Shown here piece after piece: positions 47,174 to 56,837 of a stretch of 64,000 nt of DNA (positions are counted from its first letter, which is position 1; each line of letters opens with the position of its first letter). The notes under the pieces are model-generated. The model searched no databases and had not been told where the DNA came from. It saw nothing but the letters and a program-made list of their open reading frames with translations. Origin of the DNA: an uncultured Spirochaetota bacterium (GTDB taxonomy: Bacteria > Spirochaetota > Brevinematia > Brevinematales > JAOACQ01); assembly GCA_963768055.1 (NCBI GenBank), contig CAVYGN010000001.1, positions 800,001 to 864,000 on the forward strand, given 5' to 3'. A program made the translations under genes and the position numbers.

Positions 47174-48711
47174 ACGTCAGGAATAATATCAAACTTTCCG
47201 GTTTTTGTGAAATTGAAAAAGCCCCCCCATGCGGATTTGTTCTTTTCGGAGCTTCGGGGGATCTCGCAGGAAAAAAGCTTCTGCCGTCGTTATTCAAGCT
47301 CTATCGATCCGGAAGAATATCTGAAAGCTTTTTCATAGTAGGTTTCGCAAGGACAGTAATGAATGAAAACGAATTCAGGGCCAGGGTGAGAAAATCTGTC
47401 AAAGACGCCTTGGATGAAGTTAACCCGGTTTCTCTTAGCGGTTTCGCCTCAAGATGCTTTTATATCCCCGGAGGTTATGATAGCGATTCAAGCTATCTCG
47501 ATCTTGGTAAAAAGTTGAAAATCCTGGAGAAAGAATTTCATACCGGAGGGAATATTGTATGCAAACTTGCAGTTCCTCCCGATCTATACGGACCTATCGT
47601 TCAAAAACTGGGAATAAACTCAATTATAAAAAAAGGCCAGAATGAAGGGCCTTATCAAAGGGTCATGGTGGAAAAGCCTTTCGGGAGGGACTTTGAAAGC
47701 GCGGCTGCATTGAACGGCCTGATGCTGGAATATCTGACCGACGAGCAGATTTACAGGATCGATCATTATCTTGGAAAAAATACCGTTCAGAATATTCTCG
47801 TTTTCAGGTTTGCGAACATGATCTTTGAACCTGTATGGGACCATAACAGTATCGATCATGTCCAGATTGCCGTAAACGAGGACGACGGTGTTGGAAACAG
47901 AGCCGGATATTTTGAGCGCGCCGGGCTTATCAGGGACATCCTTCAGAACCATTTAATGCAGGTCCTGACCCTTGTTGCAATGGAACAACCCCCATCTTTC
48001 GACGCGGAATCCATAAATGACGAAAAAACAAAAGTGCTTGCCTCTATAGAACCCTTCAGGATCGGAAAACTGGAAGATTCTATCATAAGGGGGCAATATT
48101 CCGCAGGTACTATCGGAGGAAATGCTGTACCCGGCTACAGGGACGAACCCGGCGTCGATAGTAATTCCTGTGTTGAAACATATTTCGCATCAAAATTGTT
48201 CATCAATAACAGCAGGTGGACGGGAACCCCTTTTTATTTAAGGGCAGGAAAAAGGCTTAAAAATAAATCCACGAAAATACATATCGTCTTCAAGGAAATG
48301 GCTGACTGTTTATTCTGTAAACTGGGAATAAAACATGATCCCAACATCCTGACCTTCGGAATTCAACCTGAACAGGAAGTATCGCTTAAGTTTATAGCAA
48401 AAGTACCGGGCGCAAAGCTTTGCCTGTCCCCTCTGGATATGGATTTCAATTACAGGGATATTTTCGGCAATGATACGGGAGGCGATTATGAAACTGTCAT
48501 CCTTGACTGCATGCTGGGAGACCAGACCCTTTTCTGGAGAAAGGACGGAGTCGAGGAGTCCTGGAAACTGCTGACTCCCGTACTGAAAGAATGGGAAGAA
48601 TGCCCGGTTTCAAGCAAAAAGAAAAGGCTCTATTTTTATAAATCGGGCGGCCGGGGTCCTGAACAGGCCGTCAGTTTCATCGGAAGGGACGGCAGGGCAT
48701 GGATCGATTAA
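47170..48711 (+). CDS. zwf: Glucose-6-phosphate 1-dehydrogenase
   Basis: FGASGDLA.KKL.P, EKPFG, RIDHYLGK, RDILQNH and PFYLRAGKRL motifs. Confidence 0.96.
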   Translation: MNVRNNIKLSGFCEIEKAPPCGFVLFGASGDLAGKKLLPSLFKLYRSGRISESFFIVGFARTVMNENEFRARVRKSVKDALDEVNPVSLSGFASRCFYIPGGYDSDSSYLDLGKKLKILEKEFHTGGNIVCKLAVPPDLYGPIVQKLGINSIIKKGQNEGPYQRVMVEKPFGRDFESAAALNGLMLEYLTDEQIYRIDHYLGKNTVQNILVFRFANMIFEPVWDHNSIDHVQIAVNEDDGVGNRAGYFERAGLIRDILQNHLMQVLTLVAMEQPPSFDAESINDEKTKVLASIEPFRIGKLEDSIIRGQYSAGTIGGNAVPGYRDEPGVDSNSCVETYFASKLFINNSRWTGTPFYLRAGKRLKNKSTKIHIVFKEMADCLFCKLGIKHDPNILTFGIQPEQEVSLKFIAKVPGAKLCLSPLDMDFNYRDIFGNDTGGDYETVILDCMLGDQTLFWRKDGVEESWKLLTPVLKEWEECPVSSKKKRLYFYKSGGRGPEQAVSFIGRDGRAWID

Positions 48712-49454
48712 AATATGATGTAAGGAAATTCGGCAGTTTATCCGAAATGAGCGATAATGCCGCGGAATATATTGTCAGCGCTGTAGAATCAGTTAATATG
48801 ACGGGCGGGATTTGTGCTATCGCCCTTCCCGGAGGGGATTCTCCCAAATGTTTATTCCAAAAACTTGGCAGCGGGAGTTTCAGCGAAAGGATTCAATGGA
48901 GCTCTCTTATGATATTCTGGAGCGATGAGAGGTATATAGGGCCGGATTCGGAGGAAAGTAATTTCAGGACAGCCTATGTCAATATGCTGTGCAACGTACC
49001 GGTCCCTGATGGAAATATATTCAGGGTTCCGGTGGGAGAACCTACGCCCGGAAAATCAGCCCTGCTCTATGAAAGAATAATGAGGGAACAGTTCTTGAAA
49101 ATGGGCGGGAAGCACAAGAGGGGGAAATTTCCGGCTTTCGATATAATGATCCTCGGAGTTGGCGAAGACGGGCATACGGCGTCCCTTTTCCCCGGCAGCA
49201 GCGCGCTTGAAGAAAGGGCCAGGTGGGCTGTTCATGTAAGGGGAGGCCCCGAACTGAAAGTGCGGGACAGGATAACATTGACCCTGCCGGTTATCAACGC
49301 GTCTGTCAAAGTTGTTTTCGTCGTATCGGGCCGTAGAAAGGGCAGGGCGGTATCCAAGATCCTTTCGCTTAAAAGGCCGGGCATATCGCTTCCGGCTTCC
49401 CGGGTTCAAGGGACCGGGAAAACTGTATGGTTCATTGACGAATCGGGCGGGTAA
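48699..49454 (+). CDS. pgl: 6-phosphogluconolactonase
   Basis: ALPGG.SP, FWSDER, SNF, LGVGEDGHTASLFP and RITLTLP motifs. Confidence 0.95.
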   Translation: MDRLKYDVRKFGSLSEMSDNAAEYIVSAVESVNMTGGICAIALPGGDSPKCLFQKLGSGSFSERIQWSSLMIFWSDERYIGPDSEESNFRTAYVNMLCNVPVPDGNIFRVPVGEPTPGKSALLYERIMREQFLKMGGKHKRGKFPAFDIMILGVGEDGHTASLFPGSSALEERARWAVHVRGGPELKVRDRITLTLPVINASVKVVFVVSGRRKGRAVSKILSLKRPGISLPASRVQGTGKTVWFIDESGG

Positions 49455-49588
49455 TAAATATCTATTTTTATATTGCTGCCCCGATCATTCGGATTAGCGA
49501 GGATGATTGCTCCGGGAAATCCGAAAAACCTGAAAGTCTTGCCAGAATAAAAACAGCATTGTAAAATAGTGTTATAGAAGGTTAACGT

Positions 49589-50653
49589 TTGAATAAAATA
49601 AAGGTATTAATCGTTGACGATTCTGCGATAATCCGGGATATACTCTCGGAAAAATTATCAGGGCAGACGGATATAGAAGTAGTCGGCACGGCACCGGATC
49701 CTTATGTAGCCCGCGATAAAATTCTACGGCTCAATCCCGATATCATAACTCTTGATATAGAAATGCCCCGTATGGATGGGCTCACATTTCTTGAAAAATT
49801 AATGGCTTATTTCCCGATGCCAGTCATAGTGGTAAGTTCTGTTACGGCTAAAGATAAATTCGCCGCTGTCAAGGCCCTGGAACTAGGCGCTTTTGACGTG
49901 GTTAATAAGCCAGGGGGAAGCTTAACAATAGGGGATGTGATTGAAGATATCCTTTTTAAGATACGTCAGGCTTACCTGTTGCGGGAAAATTATATTACAA
50001 AACGTAAGATAATCGACGAGCAGATCATCCGGAAAATCCGGCCGGTCGGTAAAATCTCTATTATGCCAGGCATTTCGACAACTGACCGGTTTATAGCTAT
50101 CGGAGCTTCAACCGGCGGTACTGTAGCCCTTGAATATATCATAAAAAACCTGCCGGCTAATCTTCCGGCAATTCTGGTGGTCCAGCATATGCCCCCCGAA
50201 TTTACCAAGCAATTTGCTGACCGTCTTGATGATATGTCAGAATTAAATGTCAAGGAAGCTGAAGAAGGTGAGATCATAACTTCAGGTACTGTTTATATCG
50301 CCCCCGGCGGTATTCACCTTTCTCTTGCAAGGCAAGGTTTATCGCTTTACACAAAACTTCTTGATACTCAAAGGGAGAATTTTCAAAAACCTTCTGTAGA
50401 TGTATTATTCCGGTCTATGGCGGAAAATGCCGGTAAAAATTCTCTGGGAATTATTTTGACAGGGATGGGCAAAGACGGGTCAGCGGGGCTGCTTCAAATG
50501 AAAAACGCCGGAGCTCAGACCGTTGCTCAGGATGAAGCTTCTTCGGTGGTTTATGGTATGCCCAGATCTGCAGTTGAAATCGGAGCTGCGACTGAAGTTA
50601 TTTCTCTCGATAAAATACCGGACAGGATTATACTCTACGCAGCATCATCCTGA
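49589..50653 (+). CDS. cheB: Chemotaxis response regulator / methylesterase CheB
   Basis: REC domain (IVDDS, LDIEMP), IGASTGG, VQHMP, PSVDVLF and LTGMGKDG motifs. Confidence 0.96.
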   Translation: MNKIKVLIVDDSAIIRDILSEKLSGQTDIEVVGTAPDPYVARDKILRLNPDIITLDIEMPRMDGLTFLEKLMAYFPMPVIVVSSVTAKDKFAAVKALELGAFDVVNKPGGSLTIGDVIEDILFKIRQAYLLRENYITKRKIIDEQIIRKIRPVGKISIMPGISTTDRFIAIGASTGGTVALEYIIKNLPANLPAILVVQHMPPEFTKQFADRLDDMSELNVKEAEEGEIITSGTVYIAPGGIHLSLARQGLSLYTKLLDTQRENFQKPSVDVLFRSMAENAGKNSLGIILTGMGKDGSAGLLQMKNAGAQTVAQDEASSVVYGMPRSAVEIGAATEVISLDKIPDRIILYAASS

Positions 50654-50673
50654 TCAGAAATCAAACCGCCGTT

Positions 50674-51162
50674 TCAAAGTTCGGGATTGTATAGATCCGA
50701 GATATCCGATACCTTGATCGGTTGAATCAGGATATTGCCTGTTCCTGTATTAAAAAGGACCTTTTTCCCCTGCTCACCACCGGTATTTGTAGATTTTATC
50801 CTTATACCGTGCTTGTTCAGGATATTTCTGGCAATATCGATATTCTGTTCGCCGATAAAAAAGAAATTGTTTTTATTATAAGTGATAAAAGCCCCGCCCG
50901 CAATATGGGCTTCCAGATCTTTCAATTCGGTTCGATTCTTGACAAACTTATTAATAAGTATCTTTAAAGCGATATTACCGTATTTTGTGCTGGCGTTGTT
51001 GTCTGCTCGGTCAGGAAGAAGGTAATGACACATTCCGCCAAACCGGTTCTTTTTATCGTACAGACAAACGGAAACGCATGAACCAAGAACGGTTTTAATG
51101 ATAATTGGAATTTTAGAGAAGATCAATTCTCCTGGGTTCAAAAAATATTCCTCAATATCCAT
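50674..51162 (-). CDS. cheD: Chemoreceptor glutamine deamidase CheD
   Basis: TVLGSCVSVCL.D, GGMCHYLLP, AGGA, IG..N and TGG motifs. Confidence 0.93.
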   Translation of the reverse strand: MDIEEYFLNPGELIFSKIPIIIKTVLGSCVSVCLYDKKNRFGGMCHYLLPDRADNNASTKYGNIALKILINKFVKNRTELKDLEAHIAGGAFITYNKNNFFFIGEQNIDIARNILNKHGIRIKSTNTGGEQGKKVLFNTGTGNILIQPIKVSDISDLYNPEL

Positions 51163-51211
51163 GAAATCTTAACCCCATTTTATACCCCATCTGCTTTAAT
51201 TATAATTAGTA

Positions 51212-52048
51212 CTATTTTTTTTGATAAATTGAGTTTTTTAGTGCAAAAAGGTCATGTTTTATCTCAAAAATGGTTTCCGATAGTCCCAGGATCAAATATC
51301 CCCCGGGTTTGATAAAATTACTGACCTTTTGGACTACCATTTCCTTCTCCCGGTTATTAAAATAAATCAAAACATTTCTCAGAAACACCATGTCGAATAA
51401 TTTTTTAAACGGGTAGCTTTCAAAAAGATTCAAGTACCGGAATGCAATCAGTTCTTTTAATATCTGCCGGATCTGAAATTGATTGTCTTTACGGTCGTAA
51501 TCAAAATATGTTTTAAGTTCCCCATTATTAACATGGCCATCGACTGCGCTGTAATTATATAAACCCTTTTTCGCCGTCTCCAGGGCCTTTGTAGAAACAT
51601 CGGTTGCAAGAATTTTAATATCCAGGCTCAGGATATCCTGCAGGATTTGATAACAAATGATCGCCATGCTATAAGGTTCCTCGCCGGTTGAACAGGCTGA
51701 ACTCCACAAGCGGATATACGTCTCAGATCGTCTCTTCTCCAGCAGATATTGCTTTAAAAACTCGAAATGCACTTTATCCCTGAAAAAAAAACTGTAATTC
51801 GTAGTTAATGCATTCACAAATGCGGCGGTAAGCCTGCCGTCCTTATCATTTTTCAGGGCTTCATAATACTCCTCAAATCCTGTAAATTCCCTGCCCCGCC
51901 CTACCAATTTCGATAGGCGGTTTATCACCAGATATTTTTTATAATCTTTTAATGTAATGCCGCTTTTCTGAAATAAAAGCGCTGTGAATTTTCTGAAAAG
52001 CCCATCGGTAAGAAAGGGAATCTCAATTCTATTCATATTATTTTCCAT
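51212..52048 (-). CDS. cheR: Chemoreceptor methyltransferase CheR
   Basis: TTN.SFFFRD..HF, WSSACSTGEEPYS, ATDVS and RNVLIYF motifs. Confidence 0.95.
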   Translation of the reverse strand: MENNMNRIEIPFLTDGLFRKFTALLFQKSGITLKDYKKYLVINRLSKLVGRGREFTGFEEYYEALKNDKDGRLTAAFVNALTTNYSFFFRDKVHFEFLKQYLLEKRRSETYIRLWSSACSTGEEPYSMAIICYQILQDILSLDIKILATDVSTKALETAKKGLYNYSAVDGHVNNGELKTYFDYDRKDNQFQIRQILKELIAFRYLNLFESYPFKKLFDMVFLRNVLIYFNNREKEMVVQKVSNFIKPGGYLILGLSETIFEIKHDLFALKNSIYQKK

Positions 52049-52055
52049 AATATAA

Positions 52056-53543
52056 CTAGAATATTATCACAGATTCGCCGCCGACGGCGAGATCCTTTTC
52101 CGCCTTATTTTCAATTACGGCGTTTTCATGCACTTGGATATTGAATTCCTTTTCATATTTTTCCAACACGATACGCTCTTGCTCCGAAGTAATCAACCGG
52201 TTCATCGCTTCAAGGATATGCTTCCGGATTGTATTTTTTTCCTCCTGGGAAAGGGTTTCCACAGGCGAAGCGGCATCCTCCTGTGCAATCTCATTATCCT
52301 GAAATGCAAACTCAAACATTGACTTCAAATGTGAGGTTCCCTGGCTTGTGATATCGTAAAATTGAAGTTTACCTATTACATTTTTCATATCAGCTTCTAT
52401 TTGGGCCGAGAAATTATTAAGATTTTGAATAGAAATCTTAATATGTTTTACGGCGCTATTAAGAATTGAGCCGAAAGATTCGAACGAAATTTTTATACTG
52501 TTAAGGGAATCGTATACATTTTTCATATCTTTAACATAATTATCAGTCAATTTTGATGTTAACGCCTGGTTATATTTAACTCTGTCTTTTACTTCGGCCG
52601 AAAATTTTATCGTTTTCAATGTGAAAGCCCGCAGGTCTCTTGCAAGAACCTGAAAGCTCTTGGAGCTATTACCGGCGCTGACCGCCTGTATGCTGAAATT
52701 AAGGGAAATCAGCTTGATAGTATCTGAAACCTGCTGAATGGAATTAATAATTTCCCCGATATTCTTCAGCATGCCCGCAGTTTTTGATGTAAATTCATCC
52801 CATTTATTTTTCAGCCTTTCCATACTGTTGTAAAATACATCGAATTCGGCAGTAAGCCTGCCTGACTCCTTGATAATATGGGCAAGGTTGTCAGTTTTAT
52901 CATCCTCCATCAGTTCCAGCATACTTTTTTCAATCCCGCCGGTTATGAGTTTATTATTTTTTGAGATATCGGAAAAACGGGATATTAAATCCATAATTAT
53001 TTTTTTCGAGAAATCGTTAAGCTTTACGGTCAGGTCATTCAGGATCGGTATAAGCATATCCCGGGTATAATTTCTTATTAGCAGATTCTTTTTAAATACA
53101 GCCATGGAAGAAATTCCGGATTCATATTCTTCCCGGAATTTTTCTATCAGCTCCCATAATAATTCATGAACCTCATGCATTATTGAAATGGCATCTAAAG
53201 CTGTTTTCTTGGTATTAATTTTCTCGGATACTGCCTGAAGCCTTTTGTTCAGATCTTTTATTTCCCACCTCGGGTCCTCGTCGCTGAGTTTTTTGCGGAT
53301 CATCTGAATCCGGTTTAGGAAGCTAAATCCAATATTATTAATTAAAAGCGACAATTCTTTATCCATTGAAGTTTTCCGGTTTACTGCCAAAACAATAAAT
53401 ATGACAAAAGAAAGGGTGGTTTCAAGAAGGCTCAAAATAATGCACCATTCAAAATATCTGAAGATTATCAACAGGCAGGATAACGCCGCCGATATAAACA
53501 TGACAATGAGAGATAAAAATGTAAGCGATTTTGCCCCCTTCAT
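52056..53543 (-). CDS. Degenerate MCP-like coiled-coil membrane protein with a CheZ-like LQFxDxxxQ motif
   Basis: Two N-terminal TM helices. IKLISLNFSIQAVSAGNSSKSFQVLARDLR resembles the MCP hairpin tip; LQFYDITSQ lies near the C-terminus. Confidence 0.6.
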   Translation of the reverse strand: MKGAKSLTFLSLIVMFISAALSCLLIIFRYFEWCIILSLLETTLSFVIFIVLAVNRKTSMDKELSLLINNIGFSFLNRIQMIRKKLSDEDPRWEIKDLNKRLQAVSEKINTKKTALDAISIMHEVHELLWELIEKFREEYESGISSMAVFKKNLLIRNYTRDMLIPILNDLTVKLNDFSKKIIMDLISRFSDISKNNKLITGGIEKSMLELMEDDKTDNLAHIIKESGRLTAEFDVFYNSMERLKNKWDEFTSKTAGMLKNIGEIINSIQQVSDTIKLISLNFSIQAVSAGNSSKSFQVLARDLRAFTLKTIKFSAEVKDRVKYNQALTSKLTDNYVKDMKNVYDSLNSIKISFESFGSILNSAVKHIKISIQNLNNFSAQIEADMKNVIGKLQFYDITSQGTSHLKSMFEFAFQDNEIAQEDAASPVETLSQEEKNTIRKHILEAMNRLITSEQERIVLEKYEKEFNIQVHENAVIENKAEKDLAVGGESVIIF

Positions 53544-53738
53544 GCCCCCGAATCCTCCAAAAATCCAACCCCATAATCAGAAGTTTAATTTAAAACTGAT
53601 AAATGTCAATAATTTATGATAAAAAATTAATTACCTATAATAAAACTAAAAAGACCTTGCTAAATAAAATATTTAAGTTAATATTAATTATTATATGGAT
53701 CAAACGGATTCCAAAAAATCTTATTTTTGAGGTTTTTT

Positions 53739-55931
53739 ATGGAAAAGGTAGGATTCTTAACAGATCTGGATGCCCTCACTAAGAAACTTGAGAGCCTTGA
53801 AAGCGGCGATCTTATCGCGATATCTGACATTAAAAATTCCTATGAAGAAATTAAAAATCATCTTGGAAGTATAATAACTGGAGATCAATTAATTCTTAAT
53901 ACCGACTTTCTTCCTATTCTTACTGAGAAATTATCGGATTCAAGGCATGAAAGTGAAATTAAAACAATCCTTATAAAAGCCAACCAATACCTTGCGGATT
54001 ATTTGAACAAACCGGAAAGCTTTTCCGAAATTCAGGTAAACTGGGAAAAACTTATCCATGATTTCAAGAGTATTATCGAAGATGGTAAAGAAGCTGAAAT
54101 ACTTAAGACTGCGGATGAATTAATAAATCAATATGAGGGATTCTTCAATAATATTGTTGACGATTCAAAAATGCTTTCGCAGCTGTGCGAAGAAATCAGG
54201 GAGCATCTGGATACGGCCCAATACACCCTGGTGGAACTGGAATTCAACGAAACCAACCAGGAAAACATCAACAAGGTTTTCAGGAGTTTTCACACTATAA
54301 AAGGCTCATCAGCATTTCTTGGTCTGAAAAATATAGAAGAAATCGGGCATGAGATGGAAAGCTTGCTGGTCCTTGTCCGTGACGGCAAACTTCGAGTTTC
54401 CAGGGAATTGATCGATGTAATATTTATGGGAATAGAACTTTTACGTTCCCTGATTTCTATTATGGAAACCAATCAGTTCCAGCTGGAAAAAATGACCAGA
54501 AGTTTTGTTAAAGTGGATATTTTTAGTTATATGAAACTGATAAAAAAAATCATAGCCGAATATCCTACAAAAAAAATAGGTGAGATCCTTGCGGAAGGAT
54601 ATATCATTTTCAATAGAGATGTTGAAACTATTCTCAGTAAACAAAAAGAATCCGGTAAAAAATTCGGCGAAATCGCAGTCGAAGAAAAGTTAGTCAGCGA
54701 GAAAGATCTGTTAAACGCCTTAAAAAAACAGCAGACTATAACGGCAAAGAGCACCAGTTATGTCAAAGTATCTAATGAACGTTTGAATTCTTTGATCGAT
54801 ATCGTCGGCGAACTTGTAATAAATCAATCCATGATCAAACAGGTCCTCCTGCATGGGGAAGCCTCTTCCGATAGTTCCGAAAGGGCTTTGTCCCAATTGG
54901 AATTTATTACAACTACCATAAAAAACCTGGTCTTATCAATGGGGATGGTCCCGATCTCTGAAATATTCAATAAACTTCGCGTAGTCGTCCGGAATACATC
55001 ACAGGAAACCGGCAAAACAGTAGTAGTTGACCTGAAAGGTGAAGAAACCGAACTGGACCGCAATGTCATTGAAGCGATTTATGATCCGCTGGTTCATATG
55101 GTACGGAACTCGATCGATCATGGCATTGAACCGCCTGAAGAGCGGGAACAGCTGAATAAAGACAGGATCGGCAAGATTGTCATTACCGCGGAGCATAAAG
55201 GCAATAATATCGAAATATCCGTATTTGACGACGGCCGCGGCATTGACAGAGACGCGGTTTTGAAAAAAGCCATTTCTGAAAATCTGGTGGATCTCATGAA
55301 CATTGAAAATATCAGCGATAGGGAAGTCTACAACCTGATGTTTCTCCCGGGATTCTCCACAACCCGGAAAGTTACAGAAATATCGGGGCGCGGCGTAGGC
55401 CTGGATGTTGTAAAAAGGAATATCGAATCAATAAGGGGCCGAATCGATGTAACTTCTCAGCCCGGTCAATTCACAAAATTTACGATAAAGCTCCCGCTGA
55501 CGCTTGCGATAATAGAAGGTTTCGTAACCATGATCGGGAAAAATAAATATGTTCTGCCCTTCACTTCGATCGATGAAATCGTTGTTCCTCTGGCCGAAAA
55601 CCTGAAAATAATGGATGATGGGAACATAATACTGTTAAACCGCGGTGCCTATGTACCCCTTCTTTTTGCAGGCAAGATACTCAATGAAGTTGGATTCAAT
55701 CAGGATATATCATCGCTACTGCTGGTGCTGATATCATTTGACAGCATGAGCTACGCAATTGTTGTCGACAGGATTATCGGAAAACAGGAAATAGTCATTA
55801 AAAGCATGGGTGAAGTTTTTTCAGGACTGTCGGCCTTTTCAGGCGGCACTATTTTCGGAGACGGAACCATCGGATTTGTAGTTGATATCGAAGGTTTGCT
55901 TAAAGGAGTGAAAAAATTGCAGGGGGCGTAG
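53739..55931 (+). CDS. cheA: Chemotaxis histidine kinase CheA
   Basis: HPt FRSFHTIKG, VGELVI, H.VRNSIDHGIE, DDGRG, GFST, SGRGVGLDVVK and LPLTLAI motifs; C-terminal CheW-like domain. Confidence 0.96.
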   Translation: MEKVGFLTDLDALTKKLESLESGDLIAISDIKNSYEEIKNHLGSIITGDQLILNTDFLPILTEKLSDSRHESEIKTILIKANQYLADYLNKPESFSEIQVNWEKLIHDFKSIIEDGKEAEILKTADELINQYEGFFNNIVDDSKMLSQLCEEIREHLDTAQYTLVELEFNETNQENINKVFRSFHTIKGSSAFLGLKNIEEIGHEMESLLVLVRDGKLRVSRELIDVIFMGIELLRSLISIMETNQFQLEKMTRSFVKVDIFSYMKLIKKIIAEYPTKKIGEILAEGYIIFNRDVETILSKQKESGKKFGEIAVEEKLVSEKDLLNALKKQQTITAKSTSYVKVSNERLNSLIDIVGELVINQSMIKQVLLHGEASSDSSERALSQLEFITTTIKNLVLSMGMVPISEIFNKLRVVVRNTSQETGKTVVVDLKGEETELDRNVIEAIYDPLVHMVRNSIDHGIEPPEEREQLNKDRIGKIVITAEHKGNNIEISVFDDGRGIDRDAVLKKAISENLVDLMNIENISDREVYNLMFLPGFSTTRKVTEISGRGVGLDVVKRNIESIRGRIDVTSQPGQFTKFTIKLPLTLAIIEGFVTMIGKNKYVLPFTSIDEIVVPLAENLKIMDDGNIILLNRGAYVPLLFAGKILNEVGFNQDISSLLLVLISFDSMSYAIVVDRIIGKQEIVIKSMGEVFSGLSAFSGGTIFGDGTIGFVVDIEGLLKGVKKLQGA

Positions 55932-55934
55932 GGC

Positions 55935-56300
55935 ATGGAAATCATGATCGTAGATGATTCTGAAGTCGTCAGGAGTGTTATCCGGGAAGCCCTTTTATTA
56001 TACGGCTACACAAATATTATCGAAGCGGAGGATGGGGAAGACGCAATGAGCAAAGTGAAGCAAAGCAATACATCGATCGCTCTCTATATACTGGATGTAA
56101 ATATGCCGAAAATGGACGGAATAACCCTCGTGAAAGAAATCAGAAAAATAAACTCCTCTGCACCAATAATTATGCTGACAACTGAAACGGATAAAGTTAA
56201 AATGCTTCAGGCAAAGGAAAATGGGGCGACCGGATGGATAATCAAGCCTTTTGAATCGAAAAAATTCATAAGGGTTATACAAATGCTCCTTAATGATTAA
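55935..56300 (+). CDS. cheY: Single-domain response regulator CheY
   Basis: IVDDS, LDVNMP.MDG, MLTTE and GWIIKPF motifs; follows cheA. Confidence 0.9.
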   Translation: MEIMIVDDSEVVRSVIREALLLYGYTNIIEAEDGEDAMSKVKQSNTSIALYILDVNMPKMDGITLVKEIRKINSSAPIIMLTTETDKVKMLQAKENGATGWIIKPFESKKFIRVIQMLLND

Positions 56301-56341
56301 TAATTTTATAATGCGTCGATTTATAGAAGGGGGTAATTAAT

Positions 56342-56836
56342 ATGTCTGATCTTGCTAATAAGTACCTGGTTTTCGATGTTATCAAAGAAAGTTATGGTGT
56401 TCCGATAACAAAAGTCCGGGAAGTGATCCGTTTCGTTGAAATAACGCCGCTGAACGACGCATCTCGTTTCTTGAAGGGTGTTATCAATCTGAGGGGAAAA
56501 ATTATTCCTATTATCGACTTGCGGGCGAAATTCGGACTTCAGGAGACCGACTATAGCGACAGAACCATATTTATTATAGTGGATATACCGGGCGCAAAGG
56601 ATGTCATCAATATCGGTATAGCGGTCGACTCCGTCCAGGATGTCATAGATATTCCGGAATCAAACCTTGAAAAAGCCCCTGATATAGGGCTGAAACTCAA
56701 GTCACAGTATCTTTATGGAATTGCTCAGATAAATGGAAAAATGCTTATGATTCTCAATATTGACAGGATCCTCTCAACGGAAGATGTTATAGATCTTTCC
56801 GATCTTGAGGAAAATAAAACGAACGTTTCGAATTAA
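56342..56836 (+). CDS. cheW: Coupling protein CheW
   Basis: KYLVF, V.EVI, GVINLRGKIIPIIDLR and G..VDSV motifs. Confidence 0.95.
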   Translation: MSDLANKYLVFDVIKESYGVPITKVREVIRFVEITPLNDASRFLKGVINLRGKIIPIIDLRAKFGLQETDYSDRTIFIIVDIPGAKDVINIGIAVDSVQDVIDIPESNLEKAPDIGLKLKSQYLYGIAQINGKMLMILNIDRILSTEDVIDLSDLEENKTNVSN

Positions 56837-56837
56837 A

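Noticed and set aside
35593..56837. Composite transposon bounded by the two IS elements
   Set aside because: The ISs belong to different families, the IS1380 has its own intact TSD, and the intervening genes are housekeeping-like.
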